Shown here one piece after another: positions 1 through 10,529 of a DNA stretch of 64,000 nucleotides. Source of the stretch: Cenarchaeum sp. (GTDB lineage Archaea > Thermoproteota > Nitrososphaeria > Nitrososphaerales > Nitrosopumilaceae). The translations under genes were made by a program, and so were the position numbers. Below the pieces are notes generated by a model. The model was not told the DNA's origin. It made no database searches and saw nothing but the letters and a program-made list of their open reading frames with translations. The DNA lies in assembly GCA_965206845.1 (NCBI GenBank), contig OZ242221.1:384001-448000 (forward strand), read 5' to 3'. The first letter of the stretch is position 1. The number at the start of each line of letters is the position of its first letter.

Positions 1-1
1 C

Positions 2-595
2 TGCAACCGCAAACCCCATCACCTTCAGCGTCTCCTCGGCGGTCTGGCTTGAGCGCTTGAGGATCTTCTCTGCAAGCTCCGTTCGGGCCCGCGCCGCAAG
101 CGTCTGGCCTATCTTGTACTTTCCCCGGACGGACACGGGGGATACGCGTATTACGGCCACGTGATCCAGCACGGACATCGGCGGAGTGATGGGGGTGTAT
201 CCGCCCTCCGGCTGGTACTTCTCCATCAGGCCGTTTAGAGCCCGGGACTTTTCGGCGAGGTCAGATACGATGTGCGCCGCCCCCTTGATCACCACGCTGA
301 CGTACAGGGTGTCTGCCAGGGAGGCGTCGTGGGGATCCTCAAAGTACGAGGGCAGAAACTCCAGCTCCCGGTCCACCTCGAATCCCGCCTTTGGGTTTCG
401 CCTTATGTTGTCCAGCTTCTCGCCCCTGATATGCGAGTGCAGGTAGATGAACCCGTCAAGGAACACAAAGTTCATGGGAATTACCTGCGGGTAGCCGCGC
501 TCGTCCATGGTGGCAATCCTGCCCACATGCTCGGTGTTGAGGAAACGGGCAATCCGTTCCGGAGATTTAATCTCCAGCTTTCCCAGTAGCTGCAT
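2..595 (-). CDS. Pyridoxamine 5'-phosphate oxidase-like FMN-binding protein (3' end runs off window start)
   Basis: Not in the ORF track. Manual translation from ATG at 595 gives MQLLGKLEIKSPERIARFLNTEHVGRIATMDERGYPQVIPMNFVFLDGFIYLHSHIRGEKLDNIRRNPKAGFEVD...YVSVVIKG, a typical split-barrel flavin-binding pattern, open to position 2. Confidence 0.8.
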   Translation of the reverse strand, partial: MQLLGKLEIKSPERIARFLNTEHVGRIATMDERGYPQVIPMNFVFLDGFIYLHSHIRGEKLDNIRRNPKAGFEVDRELEFLPSYFEDPHDASLADTLYVSVVIKGAAHIVSDLAEKSRALNGLMEKYQPEGGYTPITPPMSVLDHVAVIRVSPVSVRGKYKIGQTLAARARTELAEKILKRSSQTAEETLKVMGFAVA

Positions 596-763
596 GGTCT
601 TTGGTCTGCCGCGCCTGCCATAAATTTAGCTCCCACATATGGATACAAGTGGCATGGAGGAGTACGCATCCCACCATACCCGATACGGGATCACACAGGT
701 GCCGGATCCAGAACCAAACATCGTCTGAAAACGTTTTAATCACAAGGAGCGACTTTTGTTCCT

Positions 764-2035
764 GTGAACATAACTGAGAAGATACTGGCACGGGCATCCG
801 GCAGGGACCGCGTGGTCCCCGACGACGTCATATTTGCAGATGTGGACAGGGTGATGGTCCACGACGTTTCGGGGCCCGGCGTGCTCAAGGTGTTTGAGAG
901 GCTAAGGGAGCAGGGCATACCAGTAGACAGGCTCAAGGATCCCTCCAAGGTGTGGGTCGCAGAGGACCACTTTGTCCCCTCGGCCGACAAGATATCAGCG
1001 GAGAACATAGTCAAGCTGTCCAACTTTACAAGGGAGTACGGCATCGAGAAGCACTTCCGGTACGGCATGGGCCAGTACGGAATATGCCACACGCTCTCGC
1101 ACGAGGAGGCGCTAGTCCTTCCCGGCCAGGTGTACGTGGGCGGCGACTCGCACACCAACACCACTGGGGCCTTGGGCGCCTTTGCATGCGGCCTCGGACA
1201 CACAGACGTGGCGTACGTCCTGCTAAACGGCAGAATCTGGTTCAAGGTACCAGAGACGCTATACTTTCAGATAAACGGCAGGCTGCCGGATCACGTAATG
1301 GCCAAGGACCTGATCCTGAGGATAATCGGCGAGATCGGGACCGACGGCGGGGCGTACAGAGCGATGCAGTTTGGGGGCAGCGGGGTGGAGAACATGTCAG
1401 TGGAGGGAAGGCTCACCCTGACCAACATGACCACCGAGGCAGGCGCCAAGAACGGAATCATCGAGCCGGACCAAAAGGTCTACGACTACTTGGACGGACA
1501 CGGCGCCGCGAGCTACACCCCCGTACACGGGGACGGTGACGCCGAGTATGCCAGGGTGTACGAGTACGAGGCAGAAGAGCTTGAGCCCGTTGTCGCAGAG
1601 CCGTTCTCCCCTGCGAACATATCCGTGGTAAGGGAGGCGCCGTCCACGCCCCTGGACAAGGCATACATCGGATCCTGCACCGGCGCCAAGATGGAGGACC
1701 TGGAGGCAGCGGCAAGGGTGCTCAAGGGAAAGACCGTAAAGATAAGAACAGAGGTCCTGCCAGCGGCAATCTCGATATACAAGAGGGCGGCCGACAGCGG
1801 ACTGCTGAAGATATTCCTTGATGCCGGAGCCGTGGTGGGCCCGCCGACCTGCGGCGCATGCTGCGGCGCGCACATGGGGGTCCTGGCAAAGGGCGAGGTG
1901 TGCATCAGCACCACCAACAGGAACTTTCCCGGGCGCATGGGGCATGTCGAGTCCAGGACGTACCTGGCGTCGCCCCAGGTGACTGCCGCATCGGCGGTGA
2001 CCGGCAGGATAACTGACCCGAGGGATCTGGATTGA
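764..2035 (+). CDS. Archaeal-type homoaconitase/isopropylmalate isomerase large subunit
   Basis: Aconitase-family motifs DH, GICH, GGDSHT, IGSCT, CGACCG, STTNRNFPGRMG. Confidence 0.9.
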   Translation: MNITEKILARASGRDRVVPDDVIFADVDRVMVHDVSGPGVLKVFERLREQGIPVDRLKDPSKVWVAEDHFVPSADKISAENIVKLSNFTREYGIEKHFRYGMGQYGICHTLSHEEALVLPGQVYVGGDSHTNTTGALGAFACGLGHTDVAYVLLNGRIWFKVPETLYFQINGRLPDHVMAKDLILRIIGEIGTDGGAYRAMQFGGSGVENMSVEGRLTLTNMTTEAGAKNGIIEPDQKVYDYLDGHGAASYTPVHGDGDAEYARVYEYEAEELEPVVAEPFSPANISVVREAPSTPLDKAYIGSCTGAKMEDLEAAARVLKGKTVKIRTEVLPAAISIYKRAADSGLLKIFLDAGAVVGPPTCGACCGAHMGVLAKGEVCISTTNRNFPGRMGHVESRTYLASPQVTAASAVTGRITDPRDLD

Positions 2036-2520
2036 GGGGCGGCGTCATCAAGTATGCGCAGGACAACATAGACACGGACGTCATAATACCAGGCATGTAC
2101 CTCAAGATTCACGACTATGCGGAGCTTGCTACGCATGCCATGGAGGGGCTGGATCCCGACTTTCACTCCAAGGTGAAGAAGGGGGACTTTGTGCTTGCGG
2201 GGAAGAACTTTGGATGCGGCTCGTCCCGGGAGCATGCGCCGATCGCGCTTGCCCATTCCGGAATCCAGGCGGTGCTGGCGCTCTCCTTTGCCAGGATATT
2301 TTACAGGAATGCGGTGGACGGCGCCTTTCTTCTCCCCATCGAGGTGGACGAGTCCACGTACTCGGCAATCTCCCAGGGCGACGAGCTTGAGATCGACACC
2401 GCAACATCCAGGATACGCAACATCACAAGGAACGAGACCTACAGGATGAAGCCGTTTCCGGACATAATTGCCAAGATCGTGGCAGCGGGCGGGCTCTTCA
2501 AGTTCAGGCCCGAGGAGTAG
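2032..2520 (+). CDS. Homoaconitase/isopropylmalate isomerase small subunit
   Basis: NIDTDVIIP and NFGCGSSREHA motifs; overlaps the large-subunit stop. Confidence 0.9.
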   Translation: MRGGVIKYAQDNIDTDVIIPGMYLKIHDYAELATHAMEGLDPDFHSKVKKGDFVLAGKNFGCGSSREHAPIALAHSGIQAVLALSFARIFYRNAVDGAFLLPIEVDESTYSAISQGDELEIDTATSRIRNITRNETYRMKPFPDIIAKIVAAGGLFKFRPEE

Positions 2521-2523
2521 ACC

Positions 2524-3927
2524 ATGGCGAGGACGCTCTTTGGTAAGATATGGGACGCGCACGTAGTGGCAGACGGTCGCCCGTCACTCCTGTACATAGA
2601 CAGGCACCTGGTACATGAGGTGACCTCGCCGCAGGCGTTTGACGGGCTGCGCAAGAGCAACAGGGGCGTGCGGCGCCCGGACCTGACTGTGGCCACGGTG
2701 GATCACAACATACCGACGACCAACCGCTCCCTTCCCATAGCGGACCAGACGTCCCTCATACAGATACAGACCCTGGAGAGGAACTGCCGGGACTTTGGGA
2801 TCAGGCTGTTCGGGATGGGCAGCGCCGGCCAGGGTATCGTGCATGTCATAGGGCCACAGATGGGAATCACGCTGCCCGGCACCACCATCGTCTGCGGGGA
2901 CAGCCACACCTCGACGCACGGCGCCTTTGGCGCCTTGGCGCTGGGAATCGGAACGAGTGAGGTGGAGCATGTGCTGGCATCGCAGACCCTCTGGCTGGAG
3001 AGGCCGGAGCCCTTTGAGGTCGTGGTGACAGGAAAGAGGGGCCCCACCATAACCGCCAAGGACGTCATACTGTCCATAATAAGGAACATCGGCACCGCCG
3101 GCGGAACCGGCACGGTGATCGAGTACAGGGGATCCGGAATATCTGACATGTCCATGGAACAGAGGATGACCGTGTGCAACATGTCCATTGAGGCAGGAGC
3201 CCGCGCAGGCCTCATCGCCCCAGATGAGAAGACGTTCCGGTACCTGCGGGGCCGCAGGTACACGCCCGAGGACTATGAGGAGATGGTGGATGCATGGAGA
3301 CGGGATCTCACCACGGACTCCGGGGCCACGTTTGCAAAGTCATACACGATACACGCCGACGAGATCGCCCCCCAGGTGAGCTGGGGAACCAACCCCGCCA
3401 TGACCTGCGACGTCACCCAGTCGGTGCCGTTTCCCGAGGACTATGCCGGGGACGACCCCGGCCAGGTGCGCGGCGCAAAGAAGGCGCTGGAGTACATGGA
3501 CCTGAGGCCCGGCACCCCCATCACCGAGATCCCCGTGGACCGGGTCTTTATCGGCTCGTGCACCAACGCCCGGCTGGAGGATCTGATCGATGCCGCCCGC
3601 GCAGCCCGCGGCCGCAGGGTGGCCCCGGGTGTTGACGCAATGGTGGTGCCCGGCTCCCAGGACGTCAAAAGGCAGGCAGAGGAGATGGGCCTTGACAGGG
3701 TATTTCGGGACGCGGGCTTTGAGTGGCGCGAGTCCGGCTGCAGCATGTGCCTTGGGATGAACCCGGACATACTCGAACCCGGCCAGCGGTGCGCCAGTAC
3801 GTCAAACCGCAACTTTGAGGGCCGCCAGGGAGCCGGGGGAAGGACCCACCTGGTGAGCCCCGTGATGGCAGCGGCCGCCGCGGTAAGCGGGCACTTTGTG
3901 GACGTAAGAGAGATGGACCTGAACTGA
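2524..3927 (+). CDS. leuC: 3-isopropylmalate dehydratase large subunit (bacterial type)
   Basis: [52 protein letters not shown]. Confidence 0.93.
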   Translation: MARTLFGKIWDAHVVADGRPSLLYIDRHLVHEVTSPQAFDGLRKSNRGVRRPDLTVATVDHNIPTTNRSLPIADQTSLIQIQTLERNCRDFGIRLFGMGSAGQGIVHVIGPQMGITLPGTTIVCGDSHTSTHGAFGALALGIGTSEVEHVLASQTLWLERPEPFEVVVTGKRGPTITAKDVILSIIRNIGTAGGTGTVIEYRGSGISDMSMEQRMTVCNMSIEAGARAGLIAPDEKTFRYLRGRRYTPEDYEEMVDAWRRDLTTDSGATFAKSYTIHADEIAPQVSWGTNPAMTCDVTQSVPFPEDYAGDDPGQVRGAKKALEYMDLRPGTPITEIPVDRVFIGSCTNARLEDLIDAARAARGRRVAPGVDAMVVPGSQDVKRQAEEMGLDRVFRDAGFEWRESGCSMCLGMNPDILEPGQRCASTSNRNFEGRQGAGGRTHLVSPVMAAAAAVSGHFVDVREMDLN

Positions 3928-3928
3928 G

Positions 3929-4507
3929 ATGGAGCCCTTTGCAGAGATCCGCAGCACCGCGGTGTTGCTGGACAAGGTGAACGTGGACACGGACCAGATA
4001 GTGCCCAAGCAGTTCCTCAAGAGGGTGCAGAAGACCGGCTTCGGCAAGTGCCTCTTCTTTAACTGGCGCTTTGATCAGCAGGGCGCTCCAGATCCGGGAT
4101 TTGTCCTCAACGAGCCCCGGTACCGGGACTCGCAGATACTGGTAACCGGGGAGAACTTTGGGTGCGGCTCGTCCCGGGAGCACGCGGTGTGGGCCCTGCT
4201 GGACTACGGGTTCCGCGCGGTCATAGCCCCGTCCTTTGGCGACATCTTCTACAGCAACTGCTTCAAGAACGGCCTGCTGCCGATCAGGCTTGGCCGGGAC
4301 GAGATAGGCCGGCTCGGGGCCGGCACGATCCGCATCGACCTGGAGTCCCAGGAGATCACGTCCGGATCAGGCAGGATACCGTTCACAATAGACCCCCACA
4401 AGAAGAGGATACTGCTGGAAGGACTGGACGACATAGCCTTGACCCTCAGGCTGGAAGACAAGATATCAGACTATGAGCGGCGCACTAGGCTGCCATCCGT
4501 CGTATGA
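3929..4507 (+). CDS. leuD: 3-isopropylmalate dehydratase small subunit
   Basis: NVDTDQIVPKQFLK, NFGCGSSREHA, FGDIFYSNCFKNG. Confidence 0.93.
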   Translation: MEPFAEIRSTAVLLDKVNVDTDQIVPKQFLKRVQKTGFGKCLFFNWRFDQQGAPDPGFVLNEPRYRDSQILVTGENFGCGSSREHAVWALLDYGFRAVIAPSFGDIFYSNCFKNGLLPIRLGRDEIGRLGAGTIRIDLESQEITSGSGRIPFTIDPHKKRILLEGLDDIALTLRLEDKISDYERRTRLPSVV

Positions 4508-5204
4508 TCCCGCTGGCAAGGGAGGCGTTTCTCTCCAGGGTCGCAGGCGAGCCGACATCCATCCAGTCCTCGTCCGTGTTGTAGGCGCTCACGCCGCCCC
4601 GCTGCGCCAGCCCCTGCAGTATGTCATAGGACAGGTTGACGCTGCCCTGCACCTGCCTTATCATCGGAAGGATCCCAGTCGAGAGGATGTATATCCCCAG
4701 GCACTCTGCCATGGGCAGCCGCACCGTGGGCTTTTCGCTGAAGCTTCGCACCATGCCGTCGGCCACGTCGGCAAAGCCGGTCTCCTCCCTCCTGCTGGTC
4801 CGGGTTGCGATGCATGCGAGGCCGCCCTTCTCTTGAAAGTGCGACAGCATTGCGGATATGTCCAGCGCGCACAGGTTGTCCACAAACCATAGCAGGAACT
4901 CCTGCGACCCCTCCAAGGCCTGCTGGGCGTGAAGCAGGTCCCCGCCGGTGCCGGACTGGGAGTCCTGGACCAGCGTGATCCCTTTTTTGCGGCGGGAGCC
5001 CTCCAGGTAGTTCCTTATCTGGCCGCCCAGCCCCTCAAAGTCAGATATTATGATCACCCCGTCGATCACGTCTGAGGCGCAGACGTGATCCAGGATGTAG
5101 TCGATCAGCGGCCGGTTGCCCACTGGGAACATGGCCTTGGGGATGTAGTCGGTGTACGGCTTTCCCCGGGTGCCACTGCCACCGGCTAAAATTACCGCCT
5201 TCAC
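4485..5204 (-). CDS. Sugar-phosphate nucleotidyltransferase
   Basis: N-terminal MKAVILAGGSGTR...PKAM; FSEKP; WMDVG. Confidence 0.88.
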   Translation of the reverse strand: MKAVILAGGSGTRGKPYTDYIPKAMFPVGNRPLIDYILDHVCASDVIDGVIIISDFEGLGGQIRNYLEGSRRKKGITLVQDSQSGTGGDLLHAQQALEGSQEFLLWFVDNLCALDISAMLSHFQEKGGLACIATRTSRREETGFADVADGMVRSFSEKPTVRLPMAECLGIYILSTGILPMIRQVQGSVNLSYDILQGLAQRGGVSAYNTDEDWMDVGSPATLERNASLASGIIRRMAA

Positions 5205-5207
5205 GCC

Positions 5208-5657
5208 CTAACGGTAGGACTTTTGCTTTCGTCTTCTTGCACCGGGGCCGCCGAACTTTTTGGGTTCCTTCATCCTGGCGTCGCCGCTGATCAGATACTT
5301 GTCATATACCGAGATTCTCTTTCGCAGGTCTTCCCTGATGGATTTGGGAAACGGGTGATCCCTGGGCTCCTTCTTGCTCTTGGTCCAGCCTGTTAGCGCC
5401 CGAGATATGGCAGTCGCCACGGCGCTGGCCTGCCCCGAGTGGCCGCCGCCCCTTACCCGGACAGATATGTTCACCCTGGTTCTGAGGTCTCCTGCTATCT
5501 CCAGCGGAGCCAGGATTGCTTCCCGGGACATCTCGTGTCCGATCATCTCCACCGGCACGTTGTTTATCCTGATCCTGCCGTTGCCCTTGGTTATGTAGAC
5601 GTGGGCGCTGGCAGTCTTTCTTGTTGCAAAGTAGATCTCCGTCTTGGGCGTGGTCAT
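5208..5657 (-). CDS. rps9: 30S ribosomal protein S9
   Basis: RKTASA, VRGGGHSGQA, EPKKFGGPGARRRKQKSYR. Confidence 0.96.
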   Translation of the reverse strand: MTTPKTEIYFATRKTASAHVYITKGNGRIRINNVPVEMIGHEMSREAILAPLEIAGDLRTRVNISVRVRGGGHSGQASAVATAISRALTGWTKSKKEPRDHPFPKSIREDLRKRISVYDKYLISGDARMKEPKKFGGPGARRRKQKSYR

Positions 5658-6085
5658 TCGGTCCACCCCACTGTTCGTCCAAGCTCCGCCATAGTGACAT
5701 AGTCTGCTGCCGGCCTTTTGATCTTTGCCTTGTCAAACTGTGTCTTCTTTGTGGTCTTGAGCGGCTTTGGGACCCCGATGTACGCGCGCAGCCTCTTGTG
5801 GGCCTCGATTCCCGATGTCTTGGTCCTGGGCAGCATTCCGCGGACCATTCGCGTAATTATGGTGTCAGGCCGCCTGGGATGAAACGGGCCGTGCTTTGGG
5901 TTTATGATGCTGCCGATCTCCAGAAATTTCTTGTACTCCCCGACTATGTTTCTCCTGCTTCCGCTGAGCATGATGTTCTCGCAGTTCACTAGCGAGACCC
6001 TGTTGCCCTGAAGAAGCTGCTTTGCGGTGAAGGATGCCAGCCTTCCGGCCACGTGATCCGTTGCGTCAACCACCAAGTGGCTCAT
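5654..6085 (-). CDS. rpl13: 50S ribosomal protein L13
   Basis: VVDATDHVAGRLAS, GPFHPRRPD, VRGMLP. Confidence 0.95.
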   Translation of the reverse strand: MSHLVVDATDHVAGRLASFTAKQLLQGNRVSLVNCENIMLSGSRRNIVGEYKKFLEIGSIINPKHGPFHPRRPDTIITRMVRGMLPRTKTSGIEAHKRLRAYIGVPKPLKTTKKTQFDKAKIKRPAADYVTMAELGRTVGWTE

Positions 6086-6130
6086 GCCGGATATCATTGC
6101 ACAGCCTCCTTATCTGCTGACATGACGGCG

Positions 6131-6478
6131 CTACCCAAGCAGAACTACCCCCTTGCCTGTGGGAAACTGGCCCACCATCTCCCGGTATCCCTGAATGCTT
6201 CCGCCCGAGGCAAGAACCTTCTGCGCGGCCGTGCGGGATATGGAAAACGAGCACAGTGTAATCTTGTGGGAGATTGCGCCGGTGCCCAGGACCTTGCCTG
6301 CAAAGAAGACGGCGTCACCTTCGCGGGTAAGCTTGCTCATCTTGTTGAGGTTGATGGTTCTTCTTGCTGCCGACGGCTTGAGCGCCTCGCGGGAGAGCCT
6401 GGACCAGATGGGCGCGTCGTTGCTTCTAGACGCCTTTCTGAGCTCCCTTGCCATGGTAAATACAGTCTGGCTAGCCAT
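6131..6478 (-). CDS. rpl18e: 50S ribosomal protein L18e
   Basis: APIW, INLNKM, GKVLGTG; conserved rpoD-L18e-L13-S9 order. Confidence 0.92.
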   Translation of the reverse strand: MASQTVFTMARELRKASRSNDAPIWSRLSREALKPSAARRTINLNKMSKLTREGDAVFFAGKVLGTGAISHKITLCSFSISRTAAQKVLASGGSIQGYREMVGQFPTGKGVVLLG

Positions 6479-6518
6479 CAGAATGAACTCCCTGTGCACC
6501 CAAATATAATATGCATGC

Positions 6519-7142
6519 TTATGCCACCTGGCTTACCAGCTCTTTAAAGCCGGATATTCGGTTTGAGAGCTCTTCTACTGCCGAGAGTACGATCTGCTCC
6601 GGCGGTAGCGCCCCGGTGGACTCGACGGTCAGGATCCTCTCCTCGTCCTCGTCTGTCTCGGTCAGCACGGCGATGTTTGCCGAGTTCCACTTTGCGTGCT
6701 CGGTGCCGCGCCCCAGGCGCGCGTAGGCGTCTATCCATACCTTCTGCCCCGGTGCCAGAACCACGATCGGGATATCAGCAGACACAGGCTTTACAAACCT
6801 GTCCTCAGACGTCAGCTCGCCGGAGAGGACGGTTCTGGTGGCGTCAGACTCCTCCAGGTCCAGTATCAGCATCACCTTGCTGGTGTCGTGATCGGTATCC
6901 ACGCTTTTGAGCTCCTTGAACTCGGTGAGATCTGTCTTCAGCGGAATCAGCCCCAGCCTGTGGGCGAGGGCCTCGTCTGCCATGACCGAGGAGTTCTCCC
7001 TCACCGACACCTTGTCTATGGCAAAGACCGGAACGCCGTTGAGACATATCCTCCTTATGGCATTGGCGTAGGGAAGCGGAATGTTCCTCATCATTATCGA
7101 GATCCTTCTCTCATCCTTGCTGATTACCTCTAGAGAAGACAA
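6519..7142 (-). CDS. rpoD: DNA-directed RNA polymerase subunit D (Rpo3)
   Basis: YANAIRRI, ENSSVMADEALAHRLGLIPL, GRGTEHAKW, VESTGALPP. Confidence 0.94.
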   Translation of the reverse strand: MSSLEVISKDERRISIMMRNIPLPYANAIRRICLNGVPVFAIDKVSVRENSSVMADEALAHRLGLIPLKTDLTEFKELKSVDTDHDTSKVMLILDLEESDATRTVLSGELTSEDRFVKPVSADIPIVVLAPGQKVWIDAYARLGRGTEHAKWNSANIAVLTETDEDEERILTVESTGALPPEQIVLSAVEELSNRISGFKELVSQVA

Positions 7143-7364
7143 ATCACTCAAAAACGCCCAAGTCCAAATAAAAATCTAGCTGGTTTTGTAGGTGCGACAT
7201 GCCGGGGAGGCAGACCGGGCCGCAGGAGCTGCTTCAGAGACGCGTTACCCTGCGAACCCAAGACGCGCGCCAGCGCCCGGTGGCGGCCAGCTGCCCCACT
7301 AAGACCGGAGCCGTGCGCCGCCATCCTGGAAACGCGATCTGCCGCGGCGCGACTCTCCGCAGCC

Positions 7365-7386
7365 CGAAAGAACCCATATATAAATA
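7365..7386 (+). promoter_or_regulatory. Probable BRE/TATA promoter of the exosome operon (leaderless)
   Basis: cgaaag...tatataaata about 25 nt upstream of the ATG at 7410. Confidence 0.6.
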
Positions 7387-7409
7387 ACCGACTGCCGACA
7401 GGATGATCC

Positions 7410-8096
7410 ATGACGGACGTAACCGTGGTCAGGTTCTCGTTTGAGGGGAACAAGTTCGAGATCCTGGTCAGGCCGGATCCTGCGCTGGACTACAAGCTGG
7501 GAAGGAAGAAGGACATGTCCGCAGTCATGGTGTCTGATGAGATCTACACCGATTCTGGCAGGGGAACCCGGGCGTCGTCTGAGAAGATCCTCAAGGCGTT
7601 TGGAACGGAGGATCACGCAGAGGTGGCAAGGCGCATACTGGAGAAGGGCGATCTCAACCTCACCACGGACCAGAGGCGCAAGATGATAGAGGAGAAGCGG
7701 AGGCAGCTGGTGACGCACATCTCCAGAAACTTTGTGGATCCCAGATCCCACCTACCCCACCCGCCCCTGAGAATAGAGCAGGCGATGAAGGACGCCAAGA
7801 TCTCAATCGATCCGCACAGGAGCGCAGACGAGCAGGTAAAGGAGACAGTCGAGAAGCTTCGAAGGATCATCCCCCTCAAGACAGAGAACCTCGATCTGGA
7901 GATCGTCGTGCCCGCGCAGTACGTGGCCCGATCCTATTCGATCCTCAAATCCACCGGACAGCTCAAGCGCGAGGACTGGCTTCCCAACGGCTCCCTAAAA
8001 GCAATACTTGAAATATCCGCCGCAGCAAGGCCAACTGTGATAGACCGATTGGGCTCGATTACAAAGGGCACCGCCACGGTGGAGATGGTTCGCTGA
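7410..8096 (+). CDS. Ribosome maturation factor SBDS/Sdo1
   Basis: FEILVRPD, EIYTDSGRG, LKAFGT, PHPPLRIEQAM. Confidence 0.93.
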   Translation: MTDVTVVRFSFEGNKFEILVRPDPALDYKLGRKKDMSAVMVSDEIYTDSGRGTRASSEKILKAFGTEDHAEVARRILEKGDLNLTTDQRRKMIEEKRRQLVTHISRNFVDPRSHLPHPPLRIEQAMKDAKISIDPHRSADEQVKETVEKLRRIIPLKTENLDLEIVVPAQYVARSYSILKSTGQLKREDWLPNGSLKAILEISAAARPTVIDRLGSITKGTATVEMVR

Positions 8097-8776
8097 TGGA
8101 TCCAATAAAGAGAAAGTACGTGATCCCCGGAGACACAATCACAAGCGGCCCCTACAGGCCTGAGCAGAACGTAACGATGCGCGGCAAGAACATTGTTGCA
8201 ACGACGGTCGGAATATCCGAGATATTTGACAACACCGTAAGGGTCATCCCGCTTACGGGAAAGTACTACCCAAAGATCAACGATCTGGTAATCGGCAAGG
8301 TGACCACAAACACATCCCTCTCATGGGAGCTGGACATCAGCTCCTCGTACGTGGGGGTGCTTCCTGCATCAGACGTGTTTGGCAGGAACTTTTCCGCGCA
8401 CGCCGACGAGCTATTCTCAAAGCTCCGGCCCGGTGACCTGGTGGCAACCAGGGTGGCAAACTTTGACAGGACGCGGGATCCGCTTCTCACCGTGTCAGAC
8501 ATGGATCTGGGAAAGATCGACTCGGGAGACCTTGTGGAGATATCTCCAAGCAAGGTGCCAAGGCTGATTGGAAAGCGGGGAAGCATGGTTCAGATAATAG
8601 AGAACGCAACAGGAACTACGATCACCATAGGCCAGAACGGCAGGATCGTGGTGGCAGGAGAGGATCCGGATGGGTTATTAAAGGCAAAGAAGGCCATCCA
8701 GTTGATAAATGAAAAGGCGCACGTTGCAAACCTTACCGAACAGGTCAGGAAGATGCTAGAGACAAAGGGCGATTAA
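8096..8776 (+). CDS. rrp4: Exosome RNA-binding protein Rrp4
   Basis: VIPGD, S1 domain (YYPKINDLVIG), KH motif KVPRLIGKRGSM. Confidence 0.94.
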   Translation: MDPIKRKYVIPGDTITSGPYRPEQNVTMRGKNIVATTVGISEIFDNTVRVIPLTGKYYPKINDLVIGKVTTNTSLSWELDISSSYVGVLPASDVFGRNFSAHADELFSKLRPGDLVATRVANFDRTRDPLLTVSDMDLGKIDSGDLVEISPSKVPRLIGKRGSMVQIIENATGTTITIGQNGRIVVAGEDPDGLLKAKKAIQLINEKAHVANLTEQVRKMLETKGD

Positions 8777-8777
8777 A

Positions 8778-9512
8778 ATGGGCGGAAGAGATTCAACTAT
8801 GGTTCTGCTGGACAAGAACGGCATCCGTTGCGACGGGCGCAAGATCGACGAGCCGCGCAAGATCATGATAAAGGCAGGAGTTCTCAAGAACGCCAACGGC
8901 TCTGCATACATCGAGTTTGGCGACAACAAGATCATGTGCGGGGTGTATGGACCCAGGGACGTGCACCCAAAACACATGGCAAACTCAAGTACCGGAATAC
9001 TCAGGTGCCGCTACCACATGGTGCCGTACTCTGTCAGTGAGAGAAAGAACCCAGCCCCGTCAAGAAGGGAGATCGAGATATCCAAGGTGATAAAGGAGGC
9101 GCTGGAACCGGCAGTCATGCTGGAGAGGTTTCCGCGGACGGCAGTTGACGTATTCATCGAAGTGCTGCAGGCAGACGGTGGATCGCGGTGCGCGGCGCTA
9201 GACGCGGCATCAGTTGCGCTGGCAGACGCGGGGATTCCCATGAGGGACATGGTATCGGCGTGCGCTGCCGGCAAGGTCGCGGACACCGTTGTTCTTGACG
9301 TAAACAACGAGGAGGATCAGGCAGGCCAGGCGGACATGCCCATCGGCTACATGCCAAACCTTGAAAAGGTCACCCTGCTTCAGCTGGACGGCATCATGAG
9401 CCCCAAGGAGTACAAGGAGTGCATCGAGACCGGAATCAAGGGATGCAAGATAGTATACGAGATACAAAAGAAGGCGCTCAACGAGCGGTACTTTGGAGAT
9501 GACCACAAATGA
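8778..9512 (+). CDS. rrp41: Exosome exonuclease Rrp41
   Basis: RCDGR, NANGSAYIEFG, VYGPR, EVLQADGGSR. Confidence 0.95.
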   Translation: MGGRDSTMVLLDKNGIRCDGRKIDEPRKIMIKAGVLKNANGSAYIEFGDNKIMCGVYGPRDVHPKHMANSSTGILRCRYHMVPYSVSERKNPAPSRREIEISKVIKEALEPAVMLERFPRTAVDVFIEVLQADGGSRCAALDAASVALADAGIPMRDMVSACAAGKVADTVVLDVNNEEDQAGQADMPIGYMPNLEKVTLLQLDGIMSPKEYKECIETGIKGCKIVYEIQKKALNERYFGDDHK

Positions 9513-10318
9513 CGACCACGGTGGTTCTCGATCAGCTAAAGAAGGACAAGATAGTCGAGCTGCTAGACCAGGGCAAGAGGATAGACGGCCGGGCCTTTGA
9601 CGAGACAAGGGAGATCATCATCGAGGCAGGCGTAATACCCAAGGCCAACGGCTCTGCCCGCGTTCACCTCGGAAGCACCGACGTGATCTGCGGCATAAAG
9701 ATACAGCCCGACAGGCCGTTTCCCGACGTGGGCGACAAGGGCATCTTCATCTGCACCGCCGAGCTGCTTCCGCTCTCACACCCCACAGTAGAGACCGGAC
9801 CCCCCAACCCGACAGTGATCGAGCTGGCCCGGGTAGTGGACCGCGGAATACGGGAGAGCAAGATGATCGACCTGACGCAGCTGGTAATAAAGAAGGACAA
9901 GTCGGTGGTGGGCGTGTTCGCCGACAACACCGTGATTGACTATGACGGAAACCTCTTTGATGCCTGCTCCTATGCCGCCACCGCGGCAGTGCTGTCCTCC
10001 AAGATGCCCCGGTGGGAGATCAAGGACGACGTGCCGACGCTGATAGACGACGAGAAGGTTGACCTGCCGGTCAGTACGATTCCCGTGTCGGTTACCATGG
10101 GCAGGATAGGCAAGCACATCATCGTTGACCCGACAGGCGACGAGTGGGACTGCCTTGACGCCAGAATCACAATCACCAGCAACTCTGACGGCAACATCTG
10201 CGCCCTGCAAAAGGGTGGCAAGAACGGCTTTACCGTGGAAGAGCTCGTAGAGTGCGGCAAGACCGCAGTGAAGCTGGCCGACAAGATAAGGACGATCTTA
10301 AAAGGGACTCAAGAGTAG
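9509..10318 (+). CDS. rrp42: Exosome component Rrp42
   Basis: RIDGR, PFPD, ELARVVDRGIRE, DGNLFDA. Confidence 0.95.
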   Translation: MTTTVVLDQLKKDKIVELLDQGKRIDGRAFDETREIIIEAGVIPKANGSARVHLGSTDVICGIKIQPDRPFPDVGDKGIFICTAELLPLSHPTVETGPPNPTVIELARVVDRGIRESKMIDLTQLVIKKDKSVVGVFADNTVIDYDGNLFDACSYAATAAVLSSKMPRWEIKDDVPTLIDDEKVDLPVSTIPVSVTMGRIGKHIIVDPTGDEWDCLDARITITSNSDGNICALQKGGKNGFTVEELVECGKTAVKLADKIRTILKGTQE

Positions 10319-10319
10319 C

Positions 10320-10529
10320 ATGGCCAAGAGAAAGTCTCTCAGGGGACTCGGCGCAAGGTACGGCATCAAGCTGAGAAAGCAGTACTCGAAGATACACTTT
10401 CAGCTCAAGCAGGAGAGGGTGTGCCCGGAGTGCGGCTCGAAGAAGTTCGGGCGTACCGCGGTGGGAATCTGGGAATGCCGCCGGTGCAACTTCAAGGTGG
10501 CCGGTACCGCATATGACATCAAGATTTAG
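10320..10529 (+). CDS. rpl37ae: 50S ribosomal protein L37ae
   Basis: GARYG..LRK, CPEC...GIWECRRC zinc ribbon. Confidence 0.92.
   Translation: MAKRKSLRGLGARYGIKLRKQYSKIHFQLKQERVCPECGSKKFGRTAVGIWECRRCNFKVAGTAYDIKI

Noticed and set aside
7190-7360. GC-rich intergenic stretch as a tRNA or ncRNA
   Set aside because: No T-loop (GTTCRA) or cloverleaf could be identified.
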